From: Nitrospirota bacterium
GTDB lineage: Bacteria; Nitrospirota; UBA9217
Assembly (NCBI GenBank): GCA_963790205.1
Contig: CAWBNQ010000001.1
Span: 160,001 to 224,000 of the forward strand
Reading direction: 5' to 3'
Length of the DNA: 64,000 nucleotides
Position numbers and translations under genes: made by a program. Positions 9,451 to 20,494 of this stretch are shown piece after piece. Under the pieces are notes generated by a model. The model saw nothing but the letters and a program-made list of their open reading frames with translations. It made no database searches and had not been told where the DNA came from. The first letter of the stretch is position 1. Each line of letters starts with the position of its first letter.

Positions 9451-9933
9451 TCACCTGGCACCTGCTTCCTGCTTCTTCTCAGCGAGCCGGACATCCCTTC
9501 TTCGCCTGGCCTCGATGTTTCTTCTCCGTTCCTCTTCCGTTTCCAGAATGAGCGGGGGCACTTCCCGCGGTTTTCCATTCAGGTCGATCGCAACATAGGT
9601 CAGATACGCTGACGCCGCGTGGCGCACCACCCCGGTGATCAGGTTCTCCGCTTCCACGCGAACGCCGATCTCCATGGAAGTTTTGCCCACGAGGTTCAGG
9701 CTCGCCTTGAAGAACAGGACATCGCCGACGAAAACAGGATTGTGAAAATCCATCCGGTCAATGGAGGCGGTGACCACGTTGCTCCGCGAGTGCCGCGCCG
9801 CCACCACACCCGCCGCCTCGTCGATGATCTTGACGACAACGCCGCCGTGCACGTTGCCGGCGGGGTTCGCGTCCAGGGGTATCATCATCTGGGCCATGGT
9901 GACGCTGCTGTCCTTTACTCGCTTCCCTTCCAT
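9451..9933 (-). CDS. Acyl-CoA thioesterase (hotdog, YciA-like)
   Basis: DANPAGNVHGG, VVTASID, VGKTSMEIGV. Confidence 0.92.
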   Translation of the reverse strand: MEGKRVKDSSVTMAQMMIPLDANPAGNVHGGVVVKIIDEAAGVVAARHSRSNVVTASIDRMDFHNPVFVGDVLFFKASLNLVGKTSMEIGVRVEAENLITGVVRHAASAYLTYVAIDLNGKPREVPPLILETEEERRRNIEARRRRDVRLAEKKQEAGAR

Positions 9934-9988
9934 TGTGTGCGCTCCTTCCTGTTCTGAAGACGGCCGCCGTCCTGCCGCGGCCGGAAAA

Positions 9989-11125
9989 CTATTTTTCTTC
10001 GTCCCCAAGATCCAGCTTTACCGAGAGAAGGCCCATGATGTCCTTGAGCGTAATAATGCCAATGAGCCGGCCGTCCTCAACGACCATGAGCCTGCTGTTT
10101 CCCGTCCGGCTCATGACCCCGAGCGCTTTTATCGCATCTTCGCCGGGTCCTATGGTATTTTCCGGAGAACACCGGACCGCGACCTCGCCCACGGTCCGGC
10201 TGCCCCACTCCCCCTGCGGGACCTCTTTCACCATGCGCGTCGTGATGCAACCCAGGAGCGATCCTCTTTCGACGACAGGAAACATTTTAAAGTGGTATTG
10301 GTACATATAACCTTCTACGAGGTCCTTCAGTGAGATGGAGCCGGGAGCGGTCACGGGCTCCTTGTTCATGAACTGCCGGACCGTTCCTCCTTCGAGCGCC
10401 TTGCGCATGATGACCTGTTGATAGGACATCCGGGCCGCATTCCCCAGGAACAGGCCTATCATGAATTGCCAGATGCCCCCGATGACGTTTCCGCGCAAGA
10501 CGTTCAGGATGCCCAGGAAGATCAGGACGGTCCCGAAAAATGAGCCTATCTTCGACGCGATACGGGTCGCCCACCGGAAGTTCTTCTTCCACTGCCAGAG
10601 CGCCGCGCGCAGCACGCGTCCGCCGTCCAGGGGAAAGGCCGGCAGCAGATTGAACCCCGCAAGGATAAAATTGATGACCGTCAGATACTCGAGCACGCCG
10701 GCGGCCGGGTCCGGCAGCCACGCCTCGCCGGTCGTGGCGACCGCGTACCCGATGGTCCCGAGAAGGATGCTGGACAGCGGGCCGGCAACGGCCATGAAAA
10801 ATTCAGCCTTCGGGCTCGGCGGTTCTTCGTCCATCTCGGCGACGCCGCCGAAAATGAACAGCGTGATGCCCTTCATGGGCAGCCCGAACCGGCGCGCAAC
10901 AAGGGAGTGGCAAAGTTCGTGAAAGATGATGGACGCGAACATGCCGAGGGCGCCCGCCGCGCCCATGGACCAATACATGAAGGAGGAAAGTTTTTCGTAG
11001 TGATAGGGGAAGTAGCCGCGGGCAAGGGACCAAGTAATGAGCAGCGCCAGCACCAGCCAGCTCATATCGACATAGACCGCGAACCCCAGAAGCTTGAACA
11101 GCCTGATGCGCCTGCCGAACATCAC
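9989..11125 (-). CDS. Site-2 (M50) zinc metalloprotease with CBS pair
   Basis: HELCH, FNLLPAFPLDGGR, C-terminal CBS repeats. Confidence 0.93.
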   Translation of the reverse strand: MMFGRRIRLFKLLGFAVYVDMSWLVLALLITWSLARGYFPYHYEKLSSFMYWSMGAAGALGMFASIIFHELCHSLVARRFGLPMKGITLFIFGGVAEMDEEPPSPKAEFFMAVAGPLSSILLGTIGYAVATTGEAWLPDPAAGVLEYLTVINFILAGFNLLPAFPLDGGRVLRAALWQWKKNFRWATRIASKIGSFFGTVLIFLGILNVLRGNVIGGIWQFMIGLFLGNAARMSYQQVIMRKALEGGTVRQFMNKEPVTAPGSISLKDLVEGYMYQYHFKMFPVVERGSLLGCITTRMVKEVPQGEWGSRTVGEVAVRCSPENTIGPGEDAIKALGVMSRTGNSRLMVVEDGRLIGIITLKDIMGLLSVKLDLGDEEK

Positions 11126-11233
11126 CGGCCTCCTCGTGCGCGAGAGCTTCTACTTCTTTAATAGTATAACAGATGCAGTAATTTACTTGCGGTTTTTTTT
11201 GATTTGCCGGGCAATGTCAACTTCATTCTCAGG

Positions 11234-11264
11234 AAAAAAGGCTTAGAGAATTTCTCTAAGCCTT
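11234..11264 (-). terminator. tmRNA terminator
   Basis: AAGGCTTAGAGAA/TTCTCTAAGCCTT hairpin followed by a U-run on the minus strand. Confidence 0.8.
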
Positions 11265-11290
11265 CCTAAACCGCAGATCAATCATTTAAT

Positions 11291-11645
11291 TGGTGGAGGC
11301 GGTGGGATTCGAACCCACGTCCGAAAACCGTCAGCCAGAAGCTCATACATGCTTATCCCCTCATTTACAGCTTTCGCCTCATCCGGCGCCTCAGGGAGAG
11401 CTTCGGAATCGGCCAGCCCGGTTTTTCTTATCTTCCCGCCCCGGACGACGTCGGGAAGACCAGCCTGGTTTGTGACGTCTCTGCGGCTGTTCAGGCGCCG
11501 GCCGCGAAACGCGCTGACTAGTTAATTAGGCAGCGTATGCCAGTTCGTTATTGGCAGTTCTATTTTGCCATGTGTTTTACGAGCCCCATGGCACCTCGGC
11601 ATGCAACTCCTGACCTCTGTGTCCCCGTCGAAACCTGTCGCCCCC
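11291..11645 (-). ncRNA. ssrA: tmRNA, tag (A)ANNELAYAA* at 11555-11526
   Basis: 5' GGGGGCGACAGGTTTCGAC; 3' GGTTCGAATCCCACCGCCTCCACCA; tag ends YAA; upstream TTGAAT-N17-TAATAT (11759-11787). Confidence 0.96.
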
Positions 11646-11825
11646 TTTTTTGGTGATACAGTTTTGAGTTCATACTTTTTAGTCCGGAGTACGGCAGAAA
11701 AGTACCTGAACTGCAAGGTTTCACTCTGAACTCTGCGCTCCGAACTCCTAACTGATATATATTACTCTATTTGCCCTCAAGATTCAACAGGCTTTCCGCA
11801 TCTCGTGGGTCGCCGCTGTGTGATA

Positions 11826-13334
11826 TCACGATGTTGAAGGCTCGGCATTTTTCCTCTTCGCCATACTGTCCACCGCGGAAAACCCCTTTCTGGCAGCCTC
11901 CGAAGCCGGATCTTTTTTCAATGCTTCCCTGAACTGGGACAGCGCAAGCGTTTTACGTCCGTACCGTAAATAGAAGTTGCCGAGCTCAAGGTGATACTCT
12001 GTTTTAGGATTGAGCTTGAGAGCCGTCTTAAGACTTTCTTCCGCATCACGTCCGCGCTGCGGTATCTTCTCCAGCGCGAGGCCGTTATAGTAGAAGTAAG
12101 CGGCATTATCCGGGTCGAAGGTGCAGGCCCAGGCGAAGGAGCCTTCCGCGCTTCGGAAGTCCCCCTCTGCGTATGCCTTCATGCCTAACTCGAACTGATC
12201 GGCTGCAACGACTTTTTTATCTACTGGTTTATCCGCCTGTTCTGTTTTCGCCGTGCCTTCGCTGAGGTCACGATCGTATCGGCTGCGGCCGGCCTCATTC
12301 CCGAGAGCCTTATATGCCTCGCGAACTTTGATGAAGATCATTTCGAGTTTCTCGTTCAAATCGTTCAACGTCGAGCCGTAGTATCGGTCCGGGTGATACG
12401 CCTTGACGAGCTTTCTGTAAGCCTTTCGCAGTTCCGCTTCGGTAAAATCCCTGCTGAGGCCCAGCATTTGATAGTAATCCTGTTTTTCCATCTGTTCATA
12501 TGCCTGCAGTATCTGCCGCCTGCCTGCGGCGTCCGCGCCCGCGTCGTCGGCGCCGCCCCGTGAAGGGGCGCGCGCTTCCTTTGCTGCAGCGGCGCTCTCT
12601 GCCGGGGCATGGATCTCCCTTGTTTCCGCCATGCGGAGCACAAGGAGCGTATAGGCTGTTTTCAAAACGTCGTGATCCGCGGCGCCGGAGAGAGAGCGGA
12701 GCTCCTCAAGGGTACGGGCCCCATTGATGAGGGAATGGATTTTTTTTTGTTCCAACGGGAGATCGGAGGCCTGAAAGAGCATCTTGGCGGAAGCCCGGGC
12801 CTTTCGGAGGACGGCCCCCCGCGGGAATATCGCCCGGACCGTTTGCTCTTCGATCCGGCTTAGGCCTTCGATGATCATGTTTTTAAAACTCGCGACGCTC
12901 ATGTGAAGCGGGATGATCTCTTCCGGCCGGAGAGGCCCTTCCTCGAAGCGATACGCGCCTTGCCAGGAGAACAGGCTGAGGACGATCCCCTTGACCTGGG
13001 ACCGCGCTCCTTCGACAAGGTCGCCCGGTGTTATATAACCCAGCTTCACGAGGATCACGCCGAGTTTTTTCCCCGTCTCCATCAACGCCTCGGCAGCTTT
13101 CTCATATTGATCTTCAGTGATTTTACCATCTCGAAGCAGGCACTCGCCCAGCAGTTCCTCATCCAGCGTCGATGAGGCATAGATGATGTCGCCCTGTTTA
13201 AAAAAAACCTTCTTGAGCGCGCCCTTCAGCTCAAACACCGCAGTCCCGGTTTTCTTTCCCGTGCAAATGTCGACAAAGAGCTGAGGAATGTTGATATGGT
13301 TAATCTCTTCTGCAGTAGTGACCGTGGATTTCAT
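11826..13334 (-). CDS. DUF4388 + DnaJ (HPD) + TPR protein
   Basis: KKVFFKQGDIIYASS N-domain; DYYQMLGL...YHPDR J-domain; C-terminal TPRs. Confidence 0.82.
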   Translation of the reverse strand: MKSTVTTAEEINHINIPQLFVDICTGKKTGTAVFELKGALKKVFFKQGDIIYASSTLDEELLGECLLRDGKITEDQYEKAAEALMETGKKLGVILVKLGYITPGDLVEGARSQVKGIVLSLFSWQGAYRFEEGPLRPEEIIPLHMSVASFKNMIIEGLSRIEEQTVRAIFPRGAVLRKARASAKMLFQASDLPLEQKKIHSLINGARTLEELRSLSGAADHDVLKTAYTLLVLRMAETREIHAPAESAAAAKEARAPSRGGADDAGADAAGRRQILQAYEQMEKQDYYQMLGLSRDFTEAELRKAYRKLVKAYHPDRYYGSTLNDLNEKLEMIFIKVREAYKALGNEAGRSRYDRDLSEGTAKTEQADKPVDKKVVAADQFELGMKAYAEGDFRSAEGSFAWACTFDPDNAAYFYYNGLALEKIPQRGRDAEESLKTALKLNPKTEYHLELGNFYLRYGRKTLALSQFREALKKDPASEAARKGFSAVDSMAKRKNAEPSTS

Positions 13335-13437
13335 TTTCCTGTAGAGCTGATATTGATTGTCCTGGAAAAAGCATTTAACCGTGGATTAAAACGGGTAACC
13401 GCAAATGTACCAAAAACAATGAATTATTTACAAAAAT

Positions 13438-13749
13438 CTATTCCTTCCTGTTATTCAACAGCCTGCTTGCGTCTGCCTCGCTTGTGCCGTGGATCCTGAC
13501 GATCTTGTCCCGCGAGGTGTGGCCAGAGATGATCTCGACCTGCGACTTGGAAATGGAGAGCGTATCCGCGAGGAAGCGGATAAGCGCCTCATTCGCCGCG
13601 CCGTCGACCGGTGGGGCCGTGAGCCTGATCTTGAGCCCGCCGTCTTCCCTGCGGACAAGTTCGTTTTTCGAAGCGCGCGGCTGGATGCGGATCGACAGCG
13701 TGACCGCCGCTGCCGCCTTATCCCTGGGGCGGCCCGCCCTTGATTTCAT
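13438..13749 (-). CDS. yggU: DUF167 protein
   Basis: IQPRASKN, TAPPVDGAANEAL, SGHTSRDK. Confidence 0.9.
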   Translation of the reverse strand: MKSRAGRPRDKAAAAVTLSIRIQPRASKNELVRREDGGLKIRLTAPPVDGAANEALIRFLADTLSISKSQVEIISGHTSRDKIVRIHGTSEADASRLLNNRKE

Positions 13750-14197
13750 TGCCGCCTTCTTCAAAGTTCACCATCTCCATGTGCATCTGGATGACTTTTT
13801 TAATGTCCTGCAGAAAGTGGTGCTTCCGCCGCCTCAACTCCAGCAACTCCGCCTCGATCCTCGCCCTTTCCTGCTGGGCGTTCGCCGTGGTCTGCTGGCC
13901 GCGGAGCTCGGCGTCCTTCAGGAGCAGCGCGGCCTCCTTGCGGGCGTTCTCCTTCAGGTCCTCCGCCATTTTCTGGGTCATGATCATCGTGTTTTTGACC
14001 GTCTCTTCTTTTTCATGAAGCTCCCGCATGCGGTCCTCGTAGGTCTGCCGGAACTCCCGGAGTTCGGTCACCTCGCGCAGGAGCAGCTCCATATCTTCCC
14101 GCACGAGGTCGAGGAACGTTTCCACTTCGCCGCGGTCATATCCGCGAAACCCCATATGAAACCGCTTTTGCTGGATGTCGAGCGGAGTAATATTCAT
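13718..14197 (-). CDS. divIVA: DivIVA domain protein
   Basis: ITPLDIQQKRF..GFRGYD..EV..FL followed by coiled coil. Confidence 0.92.
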   Translation of the reverse strand: MNITPLDIQQKRFHMGFRGYDRGEVETFLDLVREDMELLLREVTELREFRQTYEDRMRELHEKEETVKNTMIMTQKMAEDLKENARKEAALLLKDAELRGQQTTANAQQERARIEAELLELRRRKHHFLQDIKKVIQMHMEMVNFEEGGNEIKGGPPQG

Positions 14198-14234
14198 ACG
14201 ATTTCCTCCCCGGCCGCAGTACGCGGGCCGTCAC

Positions 14235-14534
14235 TTACCCCATCGAACGCCCGATACGAAACAGGGTATCGATCAGCGCATACTGCAGGAACATGATGAT
14301 AAGAACCGCTATGAGCGGCGAAAAGTCGATTCCCACTTTGTGAGGTGGCACAAGCTTTCTGATCGGCCTGAGCACGGGCTCCGTCAGCCGCGTGAGGATC
14401 TGGACGATCGAGTTGTAGGGGTCCGGGTTCACCCAGGAAATGAGCGCCCTGATGATTATGACCCACATATAGATGTTCAGCACCACTTCAAGAACCCTGG
14501 CAAGTCCCACTATGATATTTCCGAATACGAACAT
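14235..14534 (-). CDS. yggT: YggT family membrane protein
   Basis: ISWVNPDPYN, LTEPVLRPIR, IDFSP. Confidence 0.93.
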   Translation of the reverse strand: MFVFGNIIVGLARVLEVVLNIYMWVIIIRALISWVNPDPYNSIVQILTRLTEPVLRPIRKLVPPHKVGIDFSPLIAVLIIMFLQYALIDTLFRIGRSMG

Positions 14535-14605
14535 TGTTCCTCCCGCTGTTAACCGTTTAAACGGTTCGAACCGTTCAAACGGCTCAAACCGTTATGTCTT
14601 TTCTA

Positions 14606-15418
14606 TTACTTCCCCAACTCCTTGCTTCGCGCCGTGGCCGCTTCGACCGCGTTCATGAGCGTGGCCCGGAGCTTCCCCTTTTCGAGCGCATGAAGACCTT
14701 CGATGGTCGTCCCGCCGGGAGAGGTGACCATGTCCCGGAGCTTGCCGGGATGCTCCTTGGTCTCGAGCACCATCTTCGCAGAGCCGTACACGGTCTGGGC
14801 CGCGAGCTCGAGCGCGAGCTGCCGGGGCAGTCCCGCCTTGACGCCCGCATCGGACAGCGCGTCGATGATCATGAACACATACGCGGGCCCGCTTCCCGAA
14901 AGCCCGGTCACCGCATCCATCAGTTTTTCTTCGACCACCACGGCCCTGCCCACGGAGTTGAAGATGCTCTGCGCCACGGCAAGATCTTCACCCGTCGCGT
15001 TCTTTCCGCCAGCGAGCGCTGCCGCGCCCGCGAGCACCAGCGCGGGCGTGTTCGGCATCACGCGGACCACGCGGGGATTGGCCGTGAGGGCCTTCTCGAT
15101 CCTGGCAAGCGTGATGCCGGCGGCAATGGAGATGACCAGCTTGCCGCTGCCGGCCGCCGGAGCGATCTCCTCCAGCACCTTGTCTATGACCTGGGGCTTC
15201 ACGCACAGAAGAACGACGTCGGCCTGGGACGCTGCATCCTTGTTGCTCTTTTGTACCATGATACCATAAGTCTTCTTCAGATATTCAAGCCGGTCGATCG
15301 AGATGTCGGTCACGGACATCTGGCCGGCCCTGGCCGCACCCGCGGCAAGAATGCCCTTGATGAGCGCCTCGGCCATGTTCCCGCCGCCCAGGAATGCGAT
15401 CTTTTTATCAACTGTCAT
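14606..15418 (-). CDS. proC: Pyrroline-5-carboxylate reductase
   Basis: GGGNMA, RVMPNTP, GLSGSGPAY, VTSPGGTT. Confidence 0.96.
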   Translation of the reverse strand: MTVDKKIAFLGGGNMAEALIKGILAAGAARAGQMSVTDISIDRLEYLKKTYGIMVQKSNKDAASQADVVLLCVKPQVIDKVLEEIAPAAGSGKLVISIAAGITLARIEKALTANPRVVRVMPNTPALVLAGAAALAGGKNATGEDLAVAQSIFNSVGRAVVVEEKLMDAVTGLSGSGPAYVFMIIDALSDAGVKAGLPRQLALELAAQTVYGSAKMVLETKEHPGKLRDMVTSPGGTTIEGLHALEKGKLRATLMNAVEAATARSKELGK

Positions 15419-15529
15419 ACACCGCCCCCCATCCTTGGCCGCAAAGATGCACAAAAAAATGTCGCGTTTTAAATCGCTTTTCTTTTTGCGCTTCTTGCGT
15501 TCTTTTGCGGCTACGGCTCTTATGTTGTT

Positions 15530-16216
15530 TCAGTTTCTTTCCCCGAATATCGCCGTGCCCACGCGCACCATGGTTGCGCCTTCTTCAACCGCGACCTCGA
15601 AGTCACCGCTCATGCCCATCGAAAGTTCGTTCATCGAGACCCCGGGGATATTTTCCTTTAGTATAGTCTCCGCCAGTTCCCGAAGCTTCCGGAAAAAGGG
15701 CCTTGCGTCCTCGGGGTTCTCCGAATACGGCGGCACGGTCATGAGGCCCTTGATCGAAATGTTCTTAAACTTCGCCGCTTCGCGAACGAGAGTCGTAACA
15801 TCCTGCATTGCAACCCCTGCCTTTGCTGCCTCGCCCGCGATGCTCACCTCGATCAAAATATTCTGGACCTTTCCGATCTTTGCCGCCTGCTTGTCGAGCT
15901 CCTTTGCGAGTTCGAGATTGTCGACGGAGTGAATAAGGTCGAAGAGTTTAACGGCATATTTCGCCTTGTTCGTCTGGAGATGTCCGATCAGGTGCCAGCG
16001 TGCCATGCGGCCGAGCTTTTCTATCTTTTCTCTGGCCTCCTGGACGCGGTTTTCTCCAAGGACCGCTGCGCCTGCCGCCACGGCATGACGGATACTCTCG
16101 ACGTCAACGGTCTTGGTCACGACAATAAGCCTGACGGAGGACGGATCGCGCCCTGCGCGCTTCGCCGCGAATGCGATCCTGTCAGTGACCGTCTTGAGGT
16201 TGTCCGCTATCGACAT
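15530..16216 (-). CDS. yggS: PLP homeostasis protein
   Basis: VTKT, GENRVQE, HLIGHLQTNK, LSMGMSGDF, VRVGTAIFG. Confidence 0.96.
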   Translation of the reverse strand: MSIADNLKTVTDRIAFAAKRAGRDPSSVRLIVVTKTVDVESIRHAVAAGAAVLGENRVQEAREKIEKLGRMARWHLIGHLQTNKAKYAVKLFDLIHSVDNLELAKELDKQAAKIGKVQNILIEVSIAGEAAKAGVAMQDVTTLVREAAKFKNISIKGLMTVPPYSENPEDARPFFRKLRELAETILKENIPGVSMNELSMGMSGDFEVAVEEGATMVRVGTAIFGERN

Positions 16217-16342
16217 AAAAGCTTATCTCTCGCTAAGCCCGCCAAGAACGCAAAGAAAGAATAAAGGTTTTAACAGACCCTTTTAAAGCATCTGTGTTAC
16301 GAACTTCTTTGCGACCTTTGCGCCTTTGCGAGAAAACATGCT

Positions 16343-17098
16343 TCACGGTTTCAGCATTATCACCGACAGCATCCTGCCGGTCCTGCCCTCCGCGCGATAG
16401 GAGTAGAACAGGTCCTTCCGGCACGATGTGCACATGCCGACGGAATGGATGTTCTTTTCCAGCAGCCCGATCTGCATCAGTTCCATCCTGTTCGCCTTGA
16501 CCAGGTCCAGGCTCCAGCGGTCGCGTCCGCGCGGCGCCGTCACTTCCTCCCAGAACGAAAAGGCCTCCCTCACGGGGCCCATCACCGGCTCGTCCACTTC
16601 ATAGCACTCCGGCCCGATGGCCGGGCCGATGGCCGCGATCATCCGGGAAGGCTCGGAGCCGAACTCTTCGCTCATCCTGTTGATCGCTTTCTGGACGATC
16701 TTTTTGACCGTGCTCCGCCATCCCGCATGCACCGCAGCCACTGCCGGCTTTGCGGGATCGAAGAGCAGCACCGGAACGCAGTCGGCGGTCTCCACGCCGA
16801 TGGCAAGTCCGGGAACATCGGTAATCATGGCGTCGGCATGGACCGTTCGGACATTCGGGTAGTTCAATTCATCGACCTTCACGATATTTTCCCCGTGCAC
16901 CTGGTCCGCAGTGACCACGCGAGAGGTGTTGGTCCCGAATGCCGCAGCCACCACGTTCCAGTCATCAGGCATCCTGGCGCCCTTGTTTCTCCTGCCGAGG
17001 CCGTTCGCCCGCGTTGTAAATGCATGCCTGATAACGCCCGTCCGTTCCAGGGCGGGAATGGTTATATACTGAGTGTCCTTTTTTGTATCAGTTCTCAT
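16343..17098 (-). CDS. pgeF: Peptidoglycan editing factor PgeF (YfiH)
   Basis: QVHG, TADCVPV, HAGWR, GPAIGPECYEV, FYSYR. Confidence 0.93.
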   Translation of the reverse strand: MRTDTKKDTQYITIPALERTGVIRHAFTTRANGLGRRNKGARMPDDWNVVAAAFGTNTSRVVTADQVHGENIVKVDELNYPNVRTVHADAMITDVPGLAIGVETADCVPVLLFDPAKPAVAAVHAGWRSTVKKIVQKAINRMSEEFGSEPSRMIAAIGPAIGPECYEVDEPVMGPVREAFSFWEEVTAPRGRDRWSLDLVKANRMELMQIGLLEKNIHSVGMCTSCRKDLFYSYRAEGRTGRMLSVIMLKP

Positions 17099-17439
17099 AT
17101 CCAGGTAAATCCTGATCGGATCTCTACAAGTAGGCAAAAATTCAGCCACGAAGGCGCTAAGACGCAAAGTATAGCCTAAATTTAACCAGGAAAGCACATC
17201 TTAACAATTTTTGGTTTTCTTCGTGACTTCGCCTGCACCCGGCGGTTACAAGCCTGCACCCGCGTTTAAGAGCGGAACCGCGAATGCAGGGTGTGATAAC
17301 GTAGCCTGCTCTTACCTGTTGCCGCGATATGGCAACAGCAGGCTACGAAGACGCGGCCATCAACGAGTGCAGGGTGAGTCTTCGCGGCAAATTCTTGGTT
17401 CATGCTGTCCGGGTTCGGATTTCGATATCCGTACTTGCT

Positions 17440-19169
17440 TTACCTGCATACTCCGCACGTTTTACACGATGCCGGCCTGCACGGCGGCGTGAACTTGCCC
17501 TCGAGGGCCCGCTCGAATTCATTCCTAAGATAATCTTTCCGCACACCGATGTCAATAAAATCCCAGGGCAGGACCTCGGCAACATCACGCCGGCGCGTTA
17601 CGTAAAAATCCGTGTCGATCCCGAGCTCCCGGGCCGCTGTTTTCCAGTCGCCGTCCTTTTCATGGGCGGCACGGATGAGCTTCCCGAGCCGCCGGTCCCC
17701 GCGCGAAAGCGTGGCCTGAACGTACTCCCATTTGGGCAGGTCATGGATGATGTTCATGTTTCCGATCTTCTTGACCGCCTTTTCAAGATAACGGAGTTTT
17801 TTATTCAGGCTGTCAACGCGCTCCATCGGCTCCCACTGGAACGGCGTGAACGGCTTCGGCACAAAGGAGTTCACCGAAAGGGTGATGCGGCCGATCCTGC
17901 CCGCGGGCCGCGCGTGTTTGAGCTGGACCTCATGCGCCTTTTCCGCAAGCGCGATGATCGCGTCCACGTCCTCCTGCGTCTCGGTCGGCAGGCCGAGGAT
18001 GAAGTACAGTTTCAGGTTCGGGATGCCGCGGCCGAAGATCATGTCCGCTGCGCGGAGGACGTCCTCTTCGGTCACGCCCTTGTTGATCACCCTCCGGAGA
18101 CGCTCCGAGCCCGCCTCGGGCGCGATCGCGATGGTCTTGTGCCCGCTCTTGCGCCAGGCGGTCGATGAGCGCTTCGCTCACGGAGTCCGCGCGGAGCGAC
18201 GAGACCGAGACCTTGCCGTGGATCGCAGCGCAGAGTTCGCCGATGTCGGGATAGTCCGAGAGAGCAGCGCCCACCAGCCCGATCTTCCCGCACAGATCGT
18301 CGGCCTTTGCAGCCTGCTCCTTCGCCTGCGCGATATTGAGGTTCCTCGGCGGAAGATAGATGTATCCGGCCATGCAGAACCGGCAGTGCCTGCCGCACCC
18401 GCGCGTGATCTCCGAAAGGTACATATCGCTGAACTCGGTGTTCGGCGTAAGGATCACGGTTGCCGCGGGTGACGCGTTGAAATCCCCGACCGTGCGCTTG
18501 ACTATCGAGTCGGGCGCCGAGGGCTCAAGTTTTTTTCGTTCCTTGATCGTGCCGTCTTCATTATAGATGACATCATAGAACTCCGGCACGTATACTCCCG
18601 GTATCCGGATGAGCGCCTTAAGCAGCTCATGCCTGCCTTTTTCTCTATTCTCCCGATAGGCGTCCGACGAACTCACCCATGACCTCTTCGCCTTCGCCCA
18701 CGATCACGATATCGAAAAAATCGGCAAGCGGCTCGGGATTGAAGAAGGAACAGATGCCGCCGAGGAGCACAAGAGGGTCTTCGTCTGTTCTTTCTTCCTG
18801 AGCGAGAGGAATCCCGGAGAGGCGGAGGATTTCGAGGATGTTCAGATAGTCCTGCTCGAATGAGACGGAGAAGGCCAGGATGTCGAACTCTTTCACCGGC
18901 CGCTTGCTTTCGAGGGTGAAGAGTTTTGTGCCCGTTTTATAATAGTCTTCAATGTCTTCTTCGTCGGGCAGGAACACGCGCTCGCAAGCGGTGTCCTCCC
19001 GCCTGTTCAGGAGGGAATAGATCTGGTGCACGCCGAGGTTCGACATACCCACATGGTAGGTATTCGGATACGCGAGAACGATCTCAACCTGCGCGCCCCG
19101 GGCCTTGTGGACGGTCCCCCGCTCGGCGGCAAGCAATGCATCGGCTTTTTCTTTGAGCTTCCGCGACAT
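17440..19169 (-). CDS. B12-binding radical SAM protein; two +1 frameshifts (~18665, ~18155)
   Basis: YPNTYHVGMSNLG, RGCGRHCRFC CxxxCxxC, YFILGLPTE, FVPKPFTPFQW spread over three consecutive frames. Confidence 0.85.
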
Positions 19170-19407
19170 GGAAAGATTATACTATGCGGGAGGGCATTGC
19201 GCAAAGCAATTCAGGAATTGATTCCACGGTTGAATAATGAGAAAAAGAGAAGAAATTTTCTCGCAAAGGCGCAAAGGGCGCAAAGGAAAGCTTAATTCTT
19301 GGTTTTAAGAAAAATCCAAAGCTTTGCTTTTTTGTTTTACATTGTCTCTCTTTGCGAGCTTTGCGAGAAATGCCTTTTAGATTTTGTCTTTTGTCCGGTT
19401 TGCCTGA

Positions 19408-20316
19408 TCACGGCGGGCACTTGGCGCAGACCGACGTGAACAGCGCAGTGCTCAGGTACCGGTCGCCGCGGTCGGGCAGGACCACCACGACCGTACCGCG
19501 CTCGATCCGGCCGGCCATGGCGAGCGCGCCGAAGACCGCCGCTCCGCTGCTCATGCCCGCGAAGATGCCCTCCTCTAGTGCGAGCCGCCGCGTCGTGGCA
19601 AAGGCATCGTCGTCGTTCACCTTGACGATCTCGTCGGGAAAGGCGGGATTGAATATCTTCGGGACGATGGACTCCTGCATGTTCTTGAGGCCCTGTATCT
19701 TGTGGCCGAGAAAGGGCTCGACGCCCACGATCCTGATATTGCGGTTGAACTCCTTGAGCCGCTTGCCCGCTCCCATAAGCGTCCCCGTCGTGCCCATTCC
19801 CGCGACAAAGACGTCGACCTCGCCGTTGGTCTGGTCGATGATCTCCCGCCCCGTGGTCTCGTAGTGAGCGAGAATATTAGCGGGATTGTCGAACTGGTTC
19901 GGCATGAAATATCCGTCCGGAGACTCTTCCATCATCTTTCGCGCGCGCTTGATAGCGCCGTCGGTGCCCTCATTCCCCGGGCTCAAAATGAGCTCGGCGC
20001 CAAAGGCCTCGAGGACCTTCCGGCGCTCGAGACTCACGCATTCGGGCATGACGAGGACCACCTTGTATCCCAGGGCCGCGCCGACCATGGCGAGCCCGAT
20101 CCCGGTGTTGCCCGAGGTGGCTTCGAGGATCGTGTCGCCTTTTTTGATGCGGCCCGCTTCCTCGGCGCCCCTGATCATGTAAAGGGCAATGCGGTCTTTG
20201 ACCGAGCCGCCGGGGTTATTGCCTTCCAGTTTCGCGAACACCCTTATCCGTGGATTGGCATTGAGCTTTTCCAGTTTTACGAGCGGCGTATTGCCGATGC
20301 TGTCGAGAACTCCCAT
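19408..20316 (-). CDS. cysM: Cysteine synthase (CysM/CysK family)
   Basis: IGNTPLV, NPGGSVKDR (PLP Lys), EATSGNTG, GMGTTGT, PDRGDRYLS. Confidence 0.9.
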   Translation of the reverse strand: MGVLDSIGNTPLVKLEKLNANPRIRVFAKLEGNNPGGSVKDRIALYMIRGAEEAGRIKKGDTILEATSGNTGIGLAMVGAALGYKVVLVMPECVSLERRKVLEAFGAELILSPGNEGTDGAIKRARKMMEESPDGYFMPNQFDNPANILAHYETTGREIIDQTNGEVDVFVAGMGTTGTLMGAGKRLKEFNRNIRIVGVEPFLGHKIQGLKNMQESIVPKIFNPAFPDEIVKVNDDDAFATTRRLALEEGIFAGMSSGAAVFGALAMAGRIERGTVVVVLPDRGDRYLSTALFTSVCAKCPP

Positions 20317-20494
20317 AGGCCTTCCTTTACAACAAATACTAAAATCGAAATCCTGAATTTTAAACGGTCGCGCTTCCTTGATTAGAATTAGATATTCGGG
20401 CTTCGAATTTGCGGTAAGCACTATACCAGATTCGGCGGGAAGTTGGAAGGGGGAAATATGCTCACTACGTAGGCCTCGGGCCGGTCCATCACCG

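Noticed and set aside
11160..11290. Island integrated at the tmRNA 3' end
   Set aside because: Followed directly by a terminator and core genes; no integrase, and no duplicated 3' end seen in the window
11291..11330. tRNA gene
   Set aside because: The T-arm and CCA end belong to the tmRNA
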